DNA of 64,000 nt from an uncultured Pseudomonadota bacterium (GTDB lineage Bacteria > Myxococcota_A > Polyangia > Fen-1088), in NCBI GenBank assembly GCA_963737345.1, contig CAVTSM010000003.1, forward strand, positions 2,099,171 through 2,163,170, read 5' to 3'. The translations under genes were made by a program, and so were the position numbers. Shown in pieces: positions 41,441 to 51,130 of the stretch; positions within the stretch are counted from its first letter, which is position 1, and every line of letters starts with the position of its first letter. Under the pieces are notes generated by a model. It was not told the origin of the DNA. It did not search any database and was given only the letters and a program-made list of their open reading frames with translations.

Positions 41441-43276
41441 ATGAGCCACGCGTCGCGCTACACCATCCTGCGGAAAGTCACTGACGGCGGAACGGCCGAG
41501 ATCTTCCTAGCCAAGCAGCACGGCGCGCAAGGGTTCGAAAAGACCGTCGTCCTCAAGCGCATTTTTACGACGTTCTACGCCGACCCTCAGTTCAGGCACA
41601 TGCTGGTGGACGAGGCGCATGTCGCGATGTCGCTCAATCACAGCAACATCGTGCAGGTGCTGGACCTGGGCGAGGCCGACGGCCGGTATTTCCTGGCGCT
41701 CGAGCTGGTCGACGGCTGGTCACTCGACCGTATTTTGAAGCGCGCCAAGGCGGCCGGCGTTCAGATGCCGCCCCCGCTGGCGCTGTACGTGACCGCCGAG
41801 GTGTGCCGGGCGCTGGCTTACGCCCACGCCAAGCGGCGCCCCGACGGAAAACCGCTGGGCATCGTCCACCGCGACGTCAGCCCGCACAACGTCCTCATCA
41901 GCGAACAGGGCGAGGTCAAGCTGACGGATTTCGGTATCGCGAAAGCGATGAACAAGACCGAAAAAAGCCTGGGGAACCTGATCAAGGGGAAGGTCGCCTT
42001 CATGTCGCCCGAGCAGGCCGCCGCGGCGCCACTGGACGCGCGTTCGGACCTGTTTTCGGTCGGGACCATCCTGTACGCGATGATCACGCGCCGGCACCCG
42101 TTCGACGCGCCCACGGATTACGAGACGTTGATGCTGGTGAAAAACGGCGACTACGTGCCGCCGGAGACCGCTCGGCCGGGCCTGAACCCGGAGCTTTATC
42201 GGGTGATTCGCAAGGCGATGGGCAAGCAGCCCGCCGACCGGTACCAGCGCGCCGAGGACATGCTGATCGACGTCGAACAGGTGATGCGGGTGGCGTTCCG
42301 GGCCGTCGGCCAAACCGAGTTGCAGCGATGGCTGGCGGAGCTGGGCGCCAAGGACGGCGTGCCGCCGGTGACGCGCGAGGCGCCGCCCGAGCCCCCGGCC
42401 GCGCGGTCGACGGTCGGTCCGCTGCGCGCCGGCTCCGGACAGGAGTCAGGCCTGGTGCTGAACCTGGACGACGCGGAGGAGGTTCGCGCCGCGGACCAAC
42501 CACCCCCGCCGCCGCCGGCGGCGGCGCCCACGGAAGTGATGCGAAAACCTCCCGCGTTCGCGCCAGCGGACCGGCCCTGGCAACGACAACCCGCCGTTCG
42601 GATCGGCCTGGCGCTGCTGCTGCTGATCGCCGGCCTGAGCGTGGGCGCCCGCTTGATGCGGGGCCGCAGCCCCGCCAGCGCGGTTCGTCCGAACCCGCCC
42701 CCGCCCGCGCCGCCCCCCGCCGCAACCGCGCCCACGCCGCCCGTTGCGGTGCCTCCAGCGCCGGCCGAGCCCGCGGCGCGCGTCGCGAACACGGACACCG
42801 CCGACGCGAGTCCACCGGGCGCTCCTGCGGCCGCACCGGTCGTCACCCCGCCCCCCGCTGGGACACGACCACCCGCGAAGACGACCGAGGTGGAGCCAGA
42901 GCCGGCAGAAGACAGCCTGCCCCCCGCCCCAGGCAGCGAGACGGACTCCAGCGCTGGCGGTCGCGGTCACCTCACGAAAGGACGGCCGCCGTTCCCCGTG
43001 CTGATCGAAAGTGATCCGGAAGGCTCGCACGTGACGACCGGGCGGCACCAATTCGGAACGACCCCGCTGACATTGAAATTGCGGCCGGGGAACTCGTACG
43101 AGCTGACCTTCAGCCACGCGGGATACGCGCCGGTGTCACGGCACTACCGCTTCGAGGCGCTCGCGCCGCAGACCCTGCGGGTGACCCTCAAGAAGCTGCC
43201 CGAGCCCCACAAGCCGCCGGCCGCACCCCAGGCTAGGCCGGCGGCGCCAGGGCCGAAGTCGTTCTTCTCGCGCTGA
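41441..43276 (+). CDS. Ser/Thr protein kinase with Pro/Ala-rich linker, TM segment and PEGA-like C-terminal domain
   Basis: ATG 41441 (MSHASRYTILRKVTDGGTAEIFLA...VVLKRIF...HRDVSPHNVLI...DFGIAKA). TM IGLALLLLIAGLSV. C-terminal LIESDPEGSHVTTGRHQFGTTPLTLKLRPGNSYELTF. Confidence 0.85.
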   Translation: MSHASRYTILRKVTDGGTAEIFLAKQHGAQGFEKTVVLKRIFTTFYADPQFRHMLVDEAHVAMSLNHSNIVQVLDLGEADGRYFLALELVDGWSLDRILKRAKAAGVQMPPPLALYVTAEVCRALAYAHAKRRPDGKPLGIVHRDVSPHNVLISEQGEVKLTDFGIAKAMNKTEKSLGNLIKGKVAFMSPEQAAAAPLDARSDLFSVGTILYAMITRRHPFDAPTDYETLMLVKNGDYVPPETARPGLNPELYRVIRKAMGKQPADRYQRAEDMLIDVEQVMRVAFRAVGQTELQRWLAELGAKDGVPPVTREAPPEPPAARSTVGPLRAGSGQESGLVLNLDDAEEVRAADQPPPPPPAAAPTEVMRKPPAFAPADRPWQRQPAVRIGLALLLLIAGLSVGARLMRGRSPASAVRPNPPPPAPPPAATAPTPPVAVPPAPAEPAARVANTDTADASPPGAPAAAPVVTPPPAGTRPPAKTTEVEPEPAEDSLPPAPGSETDSSAGGRGHLTKGRPPFPVLIESDPEGSHVTTGRHQFGTTPLTLKLRPGNSYELTFSHAGYAPVSRHYRFEALAPQTLRVTLKKLPEPHKPPAAPQARPAAPGPKSFFSR

Positions 43277-43521
43277 GCGATCGTCAGGCGACCGCCGTCA
43301 GCGCGTCTCCAGCATCAGGCGCAAGACCTCGATCGCGGCCAGGCGTCCCATGATCCGCCGCAGCTCGCCGAGATCGACGAAGGCGTGGACCACGCCCGCT
43401 TGCCCGACGGCCGACGCCCTCGAAGCCGGCCGTCCCGATTCGTCACTACCCGTTTCCGTTCCGCGCGCGTCATTCATGTGACCATCCTTCTGGCAAACCG
43501 GCGGTGTACCGCCCGGGGCAG

Positions 43522-43932
43522 CTAGCGCGCCATTCGTCGGTGCGCTGCCCTGTACTCCGACGATGTCAGCCGTTCGGCCGTTTGGCCAAGACGATCGAGC
43601 TCGATCGGTTTTCGCATGCATTCGAAACCCGCCTGTCTTCCCAGGCGGCACAGCTGCAATTCACGATCCGACCGCGCGGTGACGAGCAAGATCGCGCAGC
43701 CCGGTCGCGAATGGCGCAGCCAGCGGATCAGCTCGAGGCCGTCCATGCCTGGCATCTCGAGATCGGTGACCACCAGGTCGGCCGGGAAGCCCGTCAGCGC
43801 CTCGCAAGCTTGCCGGCCATTCCCCGCGACCATGACGTCGTAGCCTGCATCCGCAAAGTAGTCGCGCAACAGCTCACGCGTGAGGTCGTCGTCGTCGACC
43901 AGCAGAATGCGTGAACGTCCCATGCTGTCCAT
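43522..43932 (-). CDS. Single-domain response regulator receiver
   Basis: RILLVDDDDLTRELLRDYF...DLVVTDLEMPGMDGLEL...AILLVTA. Confidence 0.7.
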   Translation of the reverse strand: MDSMGRSRILLVDDDDLTRELLRDYFADAGYDVMVAGNGRQACEALTGFPADLVVTDLEMPGMDGLELIRWLRHSRPGCAILLVTARSDRELQLCRLGRQAGFECMRKPIELDRLGQTAERLTSSEYRAAHRRMAR

Positions 43933-44098
43933 GGGCGACGAGCGTGCAAGCCGCGCACCAATACTTACAGGTGGCTTCCTGGAACCTTGTAGGTCCTGGC
44001 CTTTTGCCGCAGTCCAGTCCGGTAACGTGAAAGGGGGCGCCGGTGACGCCGCGTGACCTCAGCCACGCCAAATCAGCGGGATTGCGCCGCCCCGCGGC

Positions 44099-44113
44099 TG
44101 GCACGCAACTTGT
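44099..44113 (+). promoter_or_regulatory. Candidate sigma-54 (-24/-12) promoter upstream of the CBS-domain gene
   Basis: TGGCACGCAACTTGT matches 14 of 15 positions of TGGCACG-N4-TTGC; about 60 nt upstream of ATG 44176. Confidence 0.3.
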
Positions 44114-44175
44114 TTGTGTTGGGCTGACGGGCGGGTGGGCTTCCGGTCCGCTAAACTCTAATTTGGAGGGCAGTC

Positions 44176-44709
44176 ATGGATGTCATGGCTGAAGTTGGGT
44201 CTTGCTGCGTGGCCGAGGTGATGGGGACGGAGCTGTACACGCTCACGCCAGACACGGTCGTGGCCTCGGCGCGGCGGCTGGCCTTCGAAAACGGAATCGA
44301 TCACCTGCTGGTGCTCGAAAACGGGACCTTGACCGGGATCGTCTGCCGCGAGGACTTGCGAACCGCCGAGCGGACGGCGTTCATCGGGGAGTGCATGAGC
44401 TCGCCGGTCCTGTGCATCGGGCCCGACACCACGCTCGACGAGGCGGCGCAGATCATGGCCGAGCAGCACGTGTCGTGCCTGCCGGTCGTGACCGGGGCGT
44501 TCCTGGTCGGCATCGTCACGCGGGACGCGCTGGCGACGGTGGGGCTGGCGGGCGAGCGGCGCCCGGCGCCCAAGCTGGTCTGCAGCGCCTGCGGGGCAGA
44601 CCATGAGGACGACAAGGTCCGCCGGGATCCGCGCTCGGGCGGGATCCCTCTGTGCGTCGATTGCCTGGGCCGCACATCCGCGAACGCGCTCCGCCGCCAA
44701 GCCGACTGA
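44176..44709 (+). CDS. CBS-pair domain protein with C-terminal CxxC...CxxC zinc ribbon
   Basis: RBS ggaggg. Two CBS motifs; ...LVCSACGADHEDD...PLCVDCLG. Confidence 0.7.
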   Translation: MDVMAEVGSCCVAEVMGTELYTLTPDTVVASARRLAFENGIDHLLVLENGTLTGIVCREDLRTAERTAFIGECMSSPVLCIGPDTTLDEAAQIMAEQHVSCLPVVTGAFLVGIVTRDALATVGLAGERRPAPKLVCSACGADHEDDKVRRDPRSGGIPLCVDCLGRTSANALRRQAD

Positions 44710-44737
44710 ACGCCGCCGCGTTGTATAAGCGCCCGCG

Positions 44738-46513
44738 ATGCCGGTCAGCCGCGCGGGTGCGAAATTGGAAGCGGCGCTGGACCAGTTTCACCTGGCCGGC
44801 GCCGTGGCAGGCGCCCGCGCCGTCGACGTGGGCGCATCGGCCGGCGGCTTCACGGAAGTCTTGCTCGCGCACGGCGCCCTTTCGGTGCTGGCGGTCGACG
44901 TGGGCCGCGACCAGCTTCACCCGTCGCTGCGTGCGGATGGCCGAGTCACGGTCCTGGAAGAGACGGATTGGCGGCGCCTGTCCCTGAACGAAGCTGAAGG
45001 GCCATTCGATTTCTTCACGGTGGATGTGAGCTTCGTCTCTGCCCGTAACATGCTGAGGGGCCTGGCGTTTCGTTTACGCCCCGGCGCCCAGGGGGTCGTC
45101 CTGGTGAAACCTCAGTTCGAGCTCCCCGATCGCCAGGTCAAGGGCGGCGAGGTGCGCGACCAAAACCTGCGCCAGGCGGCCGTCGATCGGGTCCGCAAGC
45201 GCGGCCAGGCGCTGGGCTTCCAGCTGGTCGCCGACGTGGACTCGCCCGTCGCGGGGCGCGAAGGGTCGATCGAGATCCTGGCCCATTTGAAGTTCGACGG
45301 GCGTTCGGCTCGGCTGCCCGCGCCGGGCGAGCGCCGGCCGCACCAGCCGCGCGCCCGCCGGACCGCGGCTGGACCGGAGGCGCTGCGCTGGTTCGCGGTG
45401 GTCGCGCCCGGGCTGGAGCCGGCAGCCGAACAAGAGGTCCGCGCGCTGGAAGGCGCCACGGAGGTGACAGCGGTCGCGGGCGGCGTCGAATGGACGGCGC
45501 CTGTGCTGGGCGGGCTGGACGCAAACCTGTGGCTGCGCACCGTCACCCGGGTTCTGGCACGCGTCGGAAGCGTCGAGGCCCGCGAGTTCGGCAAGCTGCG
45601 CCGGCGCGGGGCGGGCCTTCCCTGGGACCGGTTTTTGGCCCGCGGCGCCGTGGTCAGCATCCGCGCCAGTACCACGCGTTGCCGTCTCTACCACACGGGC
45701 GCGCTGGTCGAGACCGCCGCCCTGGCGATCGCGGACGCGGTGCCCGGGGTCCGCGTCGCCGCCAAGGACGAGGACCAGGCCACCGCAGCGGTGCTGATAC
45801 GCGGCGAGGCGGATCGCTTCACGTTCAGCGTCGACGCCTCCGGCGAGCGCCTGCACCGGCGCGGGGCCCGCATCGAGGTGGGGGCGGCGCCCATGCGCGA
45901 GACCTTGGCGGCCGGCCTGTTGGCGCTGGCGGGATGGGAGCCCAACCAGGCTCTTTGCGATCCGGTCTGCGGCGCCGGGACGATCGCGATCGAGGCGGCG
46001 CTGCAAGCCGTGGATCGGGCGCCAGGGCTGGATCGAGAGTTCGCGCTGGAGGACTGGCCGCTGTTCGCCGCATCCGGCGACGCGGCCGCCTCCGTACGCG
46101 AACGGGCGCGCGCCCGCGTCCGGCCGGCGGCGCCGGCACCGATCACCGCCTCCGATCGCGATCCGTCGGTGATCGAAAGCGCCGCCCGGAATGCGGCGCG
46201 CGCCGGCATCGCCGAACAGATCGCGTTCGCTTGCCGCGATCTGGGCGACGCGCGACCGCAGCCCGGGCAGGCCGGGCTGGTGATTGCCAACCCACCTTAT
46301 GGGCGGCGGCTCGGCGATCCGCGCGCGGCGGTGCGCGTCTATCGCGATCTGGGACGGCTCCTGCGCGCGCACTTTCGCGGGTGGCGCGCCGCCATCGTCG
46401 TGCCGGCGCGGCTGCCCGGCGCGGGCGATGCCCTGCGGCTGACCCTCCCCGACCACCACCGCTTGCGCAACGGCGGGCTCCCGATCGAGCTGCGCGTCGG
46501 ATCGATCACTTGA
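44738..46513 (+). CDS. Fusion: TlyA-like FtsJ-type RNA 2'-O-methyltransferase (no S4 domain) :: THUMP plus RlmL/UPF0020-type (NPPYG) RNA methyltransferase
   Basis: aa 1-190 PVSRAGAKLEAALDQF...DVGASAGGFTEVLL...VKPQFEL...EGSIEILAHLK matches the TlyA catalytic domain. aa ~200-591 contain a THUMP-like region, then CDPVCGAGTIAIEAA and VIANPPYGRRLG motifs. Confidence 0.7.
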   Translation: MPVSRAGAKLEAALDQFHLAGAVAGARAVDVGASAGGFTEVLLAHGALSVLAVDVGRDQLHPSLRADGRVTVLEETDWRRLSLNEAEGPFDFFTVDVSFVSARNMLRGLAFRLRPGAQGVVLVKPQFELPDRQVKGGEVRDQNLRQAAVDRVRKRGQALGFQLVADVDSPVAGREGSIEILAHLKFDGRSARLPAPGERRPHQPRARRTAAGPEALRWFAVVAPGLEPAAEQEVRALEGATEVTAVAGGVEWTAPVLGGLDANLWLRTVTRVLARVGSVEAREFGKLRRRGAGLPWDRFLARGAVVSIRASTTRCRLYHTGALVETAALAIADAVPGVRVAAKDEDQATAAVLIRGEADRFTFSVDASGERLHRRGARIEVGAAPMRETLAAGLLALAGWEPNQALCDPVCGAGTIAIEAALQAVDRAPGLDREFALEDWPLFAASGDAAASVRERARARVRPAAPAPITASDRDPSVIESAARNAARAGIAEQIAFACRDLGDARPQPGQAGLVIANPPYGRRLGDPRAAVRVYRDLGRLLRAHFRGWRAAIVVPARLPGAGDALRLTLPDHHRLRNGGLPIELRVGSIT

Positions 46514-47567
46514 TCGGCAATTCCAGCTGCGCGCGCGGAGGCTCCCGAGCCGACTTGCCGACTGCCTTCGGCGCTTCCGCCAGCGAGCGGGCGTTGTCGC
46601 CCATCGCGGCGTGCGGACGGAAGCCGTGGCGCGCCGCCGAGGTATCGAAGAGCGCCTGGATCGCCTGCGCGTACGTCCCCTCGCCGCGCCCGCGCACGCC
46701 GAACCGCGAATCGTAAAGCTGGCCGCCGCGCGTTTCGCGGACCCGATGCAGCACCCGCTCGGCCGACAGCGGCAGCGCCGCCCGCAGTCGCTCCTCGAAG
46801 ACGGCCTTCACCGAGCCAGGCAGGCGCAGCAACACGTGGCCGGCCGACCGCGCACCCGCGTCGTGCGCCGCCTTCAAGATGCGCGGGATGTCTTGGTCGT
46901 TGAGCCCCGGGATGATCGGCGCGACGTTCACACCGACGGAGATCCCCGCGCGCGCCAGCTTCTCGATCACGCGCAGCCGCCGCGCGGGCGCCGGCACGTA
47001 CGGTTCGATGGCGCGCGCCTTGTCGGCGTCCCAGAACGGAATGCTGACGGTGACGTGCGCCGAAGCGACGGCGCCCAGACTGGCCAGCACGTCGATGTCG
47101 CGCTCGACCAGCGCCGACTTCGTGATGATGGCCGCCGGGTTCGCACGCTCGACGCACACCTCGAGGCAACCGCGCGTGAGGCGGTATGACGCTTCAAGCG
47201 GCTGGTAGCAATCGGTGACGCCGCTGAAGACCACCGTCTCGCGGCGCCAGCTCTTGCGGGCGAAGGCGGCGCGCAGCAAGGCCGGCGCCTCAGGCTTGAT
47301 GACGATCTTCCGATCGAAGTCGGTCCCAGCGCCGAAGCTGAGGTACTCGTGCGACGGGCGCGCGTAGCAATAGGCGCACGCGTGAAAACAGCCGCGGTAA
47401 GGATTGACGCTCCAGGTGAATCCGACGTCGGGGCTGTCGTTCTTCGACAGGATGTTGCGCGTGCCGTCGGCAAACACCTGCAGCCGCACCTCGGGAACGC
47501 CCTCCAGATATTCGACTTCGGTGGTCGCCCATGGGTTCGGCGGATTCGAGATCGCCACCGGCAGCAC
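46506..47567 (-). CDS. Radical SAM protein, SplB-like putative DNA-repair lyase (COG1533-type)
   Basis: GTG start. NPYRGCFHACAYCYAR (CxxxCxxC). Convergent 8-nt overlap with the upstream fusion gene. Confidence 0.8.
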   Translation of the reverse strand: MLPVAISNPPNPWATTEVEYLEGVPEVRLQVFADGTRNILSKNDSPDVGFTWSVNPYRGCFHACAYCYARPSHEYLSFGAGTDFDRKIVIKPEAPALLRAAFARKSWRRETVVFSGVTDCYQPLEASYRLTRGCLEVCVERANPAAIITKSALVERDIDVLASLGAVASAHVTVSIPFWDADKARAIEPYVPAPARRLRVIEKLARAGISVGVNVAPIIPGLNDQDIPRILKAAHDAGARSAGHVLLRLPGSVKAVFEERLRAALPLSAERVLHRVRETRGGQLYDSRFGVRGRGEGTYAQAIQALFDTSAARHGFRPHAAMGDNARSLAEAPKAVGKSAREPPRAQLELPIK

Positions 47568-47582
47568 CCCAAAAGTTTGGCA

Positions 47583-47598
47583 CTGAACCGATGTTCAG
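47583..47598. promoter_or_regulatory. Perfect palindrome CTGAAC-cgat-GTTCAG (GAAC-N4-GTTC, Cheo/LexA-box-like) 16 nt upstream of the radical-SAM repair gene start
   Basis: 6-4-6 inverted repeat in the 77-nt divergent intergenic region between the SplB-like gene and the aminotransferase. Confidence 0.45.
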
Positions 47599-47644
47599 TC
47601 AAGCGCCGGCGCGATCAATCAAGTAGTGTTCCGCGGCTTTTGTC

Positions 47645-48847
47645 ATGGCAGGCCCCCCCGACCCCTCTTCGAACCGCTTCGCGCGATTGGCCGCGCTTCC
47701 CCCTTATGTGCTCGCCGCCGTCGACGAGCTGAAGTCGCGGCTGCGCGCCGAGGGGCACGATGTCTTCGACTTCGGTCTCGGCAACCCGGACGGGCCCAGC
47801 CCGCGCGCGGTGATCGAACGGCTGACGACGGAAGCGCAGCGGCCCGGGAATCAGCGCTACATGCCGTCGCGCGGCCTACCGGAGGTGCGACGCGCGATCT
47901 GCGACTGGTACCAGCGCCGCTACGGCCAGACGTTCGACCCCGAGACGGAAGCGGTGGTCACCCTCGGCGCGAAGGAGGGGCTGGCGCACCTGCTGCTGGC
48001 CATCGTCGGACCCGGGGATTGCGTGCTGTCGCCCGACCCCTGCTACCCAATCCACCGCTACGGCGTGATCATCGCCGGCGGCGAGCCCGTGCCGGTGGCG
48101 ACCGGCCCCGGCCTCGATCCCTACGGCGAGATCGAGGCGGCCCTGGCGCGGTCGCCGCGCAAGCCCAAGGGGCTCATCATCAACTTCCCCCACAACCCGA
48201 CCAGCGCCGTCGTCGAGCAGAGCTTCTTCGAGAAGGTGGTCGCGCTCGCAAAGCGTGAATCGCTTTGGGTGATCTCGGACCTCGCGTACGCGGACCTGCT
48301 GCACGACGGAAAGCCGGCGCCGTCCATCTTCGGCGTGCCCGGCGGGCGAGACGTGGCGGTCGAGTTTTTCACCGTGTCGAAGAGCTACTCGATGCCCGGC
48401 TGGCGCGTCGGCTTCTGCGTCGGAAACCGGACGCTGGTGGGCGCGCTGGGGACGATCAAGGGCTACCTGGACTACGGAATCTTCGGGCCCGTGCAGCTGG
48501 CGGCGGCGACCGCGCTGTCGCCCCTCTGCGACGCGGACGTCGCCGCAAACCGCGAGCTCTACAAGCGTCGGGCGGCGATTCTGTGCGACGGACTGGCGGC
48601 AGCGGGGTGGCCCGTGCCGCGGCCGACGGCGTCGATGTTCGTCTGGGCCCCGCTGCCCGGACGGGCCGTCGAAAAGGGCGCCGTCACGTTCGCGGCCGAG
48701 CTGCTGGCCGAGGCGCGGGTCGCCGTGTCACCCGGCGTGGGATTCGGCCCCGGCGGCGAGGGGTTCGTGCGGTTCGCGCTGGTCGAGACGGACGACCGCG
48801 CGCGGCAGGCGTGCGCGGCCATCGGACGCTTTCTCCACACGCATTGA
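47645..48847 (+). CDS. PLP-dependent aminotransferase class I/II (AlaC/LL-DAP-AT-like)
   Basis: ...NPDGPSP...[11 protein letters not shown]...[16 protein letters not shown]...; 400 aa. Confidence 0.85.
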   Translation: MAGPPDPSSNRFARLAALPPYVLAAVDELKSRLRAEGHDVFDFGLGNPDGPSPRAVIERLTTEAQRPGNQRYMPSRGLPEVRRAICDWYQRRYGQTFDPETEAVVTLGAKEGLAHLLLAIVGPGDCVLSPDPCYPIHRYGVIIAGGEPVPVATGPGLDPYGEIEAALARSPRKPKGLIINFPHNPTSAVVEQSFFEKVVALAKRESLWVISDLAYADLLHDGKPAPSIFGVPGGRDVAVEFFTVSKSYSMPGWRVGFCVGNRTLVGALGTIKGYLDYGIFGPVQLAAATALSPLCDADVAANRELYKRRAAILCDGLAAAGWPVPRPTASMFVWAPLPGRAVEKGAVTFAAELLAEARVAVSPGVGFGPGGEGFVRFALVETDDRARQACAAIGRFLHTH

Positions 48848-48882
48848 CAAGCCGGCAGCGCTCAAGTAGAAACCTCCGCTCC

Positions 48883-49335
48883 ATGCCTTCCGCAGCCACG
48901 CACCATCGCCCCACTTTCCAGGCGAACGACTCGTTCGTCCACGGCTGGCACATCGCCGACGTCGAGGGTCAGACCCTTGGCCGCGCCGCCACCAAGATCG
49001 CCGACATCCTGCGCGGCAAGCACCGCCCGACGTACACCGCGCATGCCGACGCCGGTGACTTCGTGGTGGTCATCAACGCCGACAAGGTTCGCCTGACCGG
49101 GAAAAAGTGGTCGGGCAAGCTGTACCGCGATCACTCGCTGTTCCCCGGCGGCTTGCGCACGCAGACCGCGGAGCAGCTGGTCAAGCGCCACCCCGAGGAC
49201 CTGGTCCTCCGCGCCGTGTGGGGCATGCTGCCCAAGGGCCCGCTCGGCCGCCGCATCTACAAGAAGCTCAAGGTCTACGCCGGCCCGAACCACCCGCACG
49301 CCGCGCAGCAGCCCAAGCCCGTCAAGTTCGCCTAG
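48883..49335 (+). CDS. rplM: 50S ribosomal protein L13
   Basis: ...[24 protein letters not shown]...[34 protein letters not shown], colinear with E. coli L13. Confidence 0.9.
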   Translation: MPSAATHHRPTFQANDSFVHGWHIADVEGQTLGRAATKIADILRGKHRPTYTAHADAGDFVVVINADKVRLTGKKWSGKLYRDHSLFPGGLRTQTAEQLVKRHPEDLVLRAVWGMLPKGPLGRRIYKKLKVYAGPNHPHAAQQPKPVKFA

Positions 49336-49348
49336 GAGCACCCGACCG

Positions 49349-49747
49349 ATGCCTGACGTTTCGAAAGCCATTTACGCCACGGGCCGCCGCAAGCACGCTG
49401 TCGCCCGCGTTTGGTTGCAGCCGGGCTCCGGCAAGATCGCCATCAACAAGCGGTCGCTGGAAGATTACTTCGGTCGCGAGACCTCGCGCATGGTGTTCCG
49501 CCAGGCGCTGGAGCTGACCGAGACCTCGGGCACCTTCGACATCTTCGTGAACGTCAGCGGCGGTGGCCTCTCGGGGCAGGCCGACGCGATTCGCCACGGC
49601 ATCTCGCGCAGCCTGATCAAGATCGACCCGACCTACCGGCCCGCCCTCAAGAAGGCTGGCTATCTGACGCGCGACGCGCGCCAGAAAGAGCGCAAGAAGT
49701 ACGGCCAGCGTGGCGCTCGCGCCCGCTTCCAGTTCAGCAAGCGCTAA
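49349..49747 (+). CDS. rpsI: 30S ribosomal protein S9
   Basis: [33 protein letters not shown]...[19 protein letters not shown]...[18 protein letters not shown]. Confidence 0.9.
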   Translation: MPDVSKAIYATGRRKHAVARVWLQPGSGKIAINKRSLEDYFGRETSRMVFRQALELTETSGTFDIFVNVSGGGLSGQADAIRHGISRSLIKIDPTYRPALKKAGYLTRDARQKERKKYGQRGARARFQFSKR

Positions 49748-49920
49748 AAGCTTGCGGTGCGGTACGGTTGGGGGCCGGGCGACGATCCGGCCCGCTGGCT
49801 GCGCCGGGCCTGCGCTTCCGGTCCTCATTTACATGAGTAAACTGCGGGCCGGTTCTCGGCCCGACTTCGCCAGCGGACCGGCTTGTCGCCCGCTGGTCGC
49901 TCGGAGGCCATACAGAGCAA

Positions 49921-51120
49921 CTACTCGCGCGAGCGGCCCAGCAGGAATCGGCCGACGCGGGAGGTGCGGAACCGTTCGCTGAGGTTGCTCCGGGTTCCCG
50001 TGCCGGGAACCGTCGCGGCCGTCTCGGTGTCGCTCGCGCCACGGCTGGGCGATCCCGGTTCCGTTTCCTGGGTCTGGTCGGTTCGGGCGCCGCCCAGTTC
50101 GCCCCCGGCCAGTCGCGCCCCGCCGAGTCGATTGAACGACGGGATCTCGGGCGGCTGGCGCGCCGCGATCAGGCCCCCCAGCTCTTGCACGAACGCGATG
50201 GCGTCTTCGCTGCGGAAGGCCTGGGCGACCAAGAGTGTGTCCAGATCGCGCGCCATCTCCTGCGCCGTCTGGTACCGCTTGTCGCGGTCACGCTCGAGCG
50301 CCTTGAGGACGATCCGGTCCAGCTCGGGCGGGATCTCCGGCCGCAGCTGCGACGGCGGCGGGATCTCCATGTTCAGCACCCGATAGAAGGTGATCTGGTG
50401 GTTGTCGCCTTCGAAGAGAGGCTGCAGCGTCAACAGCTCGTGCAGGACGATCCCCAGGGAGAAGATGTCGGTGCGATGATCGATGTCGCGCTGGTCCAGC
50501 GTCTCGGGCGCCAGGTAGGCGGGCTTGCCCTTGATCGTGCCGACCTGTGAGCGGGCCTGCGACGCACGGTACTTGGCCACGCCGAAGTCCAGCAACTTGG
50601 CGGTGCCCGTCGCGGTGAGCAGCACATTGGACGGCGTCACGTCGCGGTGCACGACGTTCAGCGGCGCGCCGTCGGCGTCCAGCAGGTTGTGGACGTGGTC
50701 CAAGGCGCGGCAGACGTCGTGCGCGATCTGGCACGCGACGCCGATGGGCATCTGCCGCCCCACCTCCTTGAGCACGCTCACCGTCTCCGCCAGCGACGGA
50801 CCGTCGACGTACTCGAGCACCAAGAACAGCGTCCCGTCCGATTCGCCGAAGTCGTAGGCCTGGATGACGTTCGGGTGGTGGAGCATCCCCAGGATCTTCG
50901 CCTCGGCCACGAACATCCGCACGAACGACGGATCGCTGCAGTTGGCGGGCAGGATTCGTTTGACGACCACCGTGCGCTGGAAACCACCCGGACCGGTGGC
51001 GCGCGCCTTGAAGATCTCGGCCATTCCACCGGTGCCGAGCTGCTCGATGAGCTCGTACCGGCCGAGCCGCTCGTTGGGCGTCGCCTTGCCCTGCTCCAGT
51101 GCTCCCCCAGCCGACATCAT
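49921..51120 (-). CDS. Ser/Thr protein kinase
   Basis: Start at ATGATG (51115-51120). GTGGMAEIFKA...VVVKRIL...HRDVTPSNVLL...DFGVAKY...AYLAPE. Confidence 0.8.
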   Translation of the reverse strand: MMSAGGALEQGKATPNERLGRYELIEQLGTGGMAEIFKARATGPGGFQRTVVVKRILPANCSDPSFVRMFVAEAKILGMLHHPNVIQAYDFGESDGTLFLVLEYVDGPSLAETVSVLKEVGRQMPIGVACQIAHDVCRALDHVHNLLDADGAPLNVVHRDVTPSNVLLTATGTAKLLDFGVAKYRASQARSQVGTIKGKPAYLAPETLDQRDIDHRTDIFSLGIVLHELLTLQPLFEGDNHQITFYRVLNMEIPPPSQLRPEIPPELDRIVLKALERDRDKRYQTAQEMARDLDTLLVAQAFRSEDAIAFVQELGGLIAARQPPEIPSFNRLGGARLAGGELGGARTDQTQETEPGSPSRGASDTETAATVPGTGTRSNLSERFRTSRVGRFLLGRSRE

Positions 51121-51130
51121 CCGCCGCCGA

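Noticed and set aside
43298-43651. 117-aa minus ORF overlapping the response regulator
   Set aside because: It overlaps the 3' end of a well-supported receiver gene. Only a 59-aa non-overlapping core would remain. No RBS or family support, so not called.
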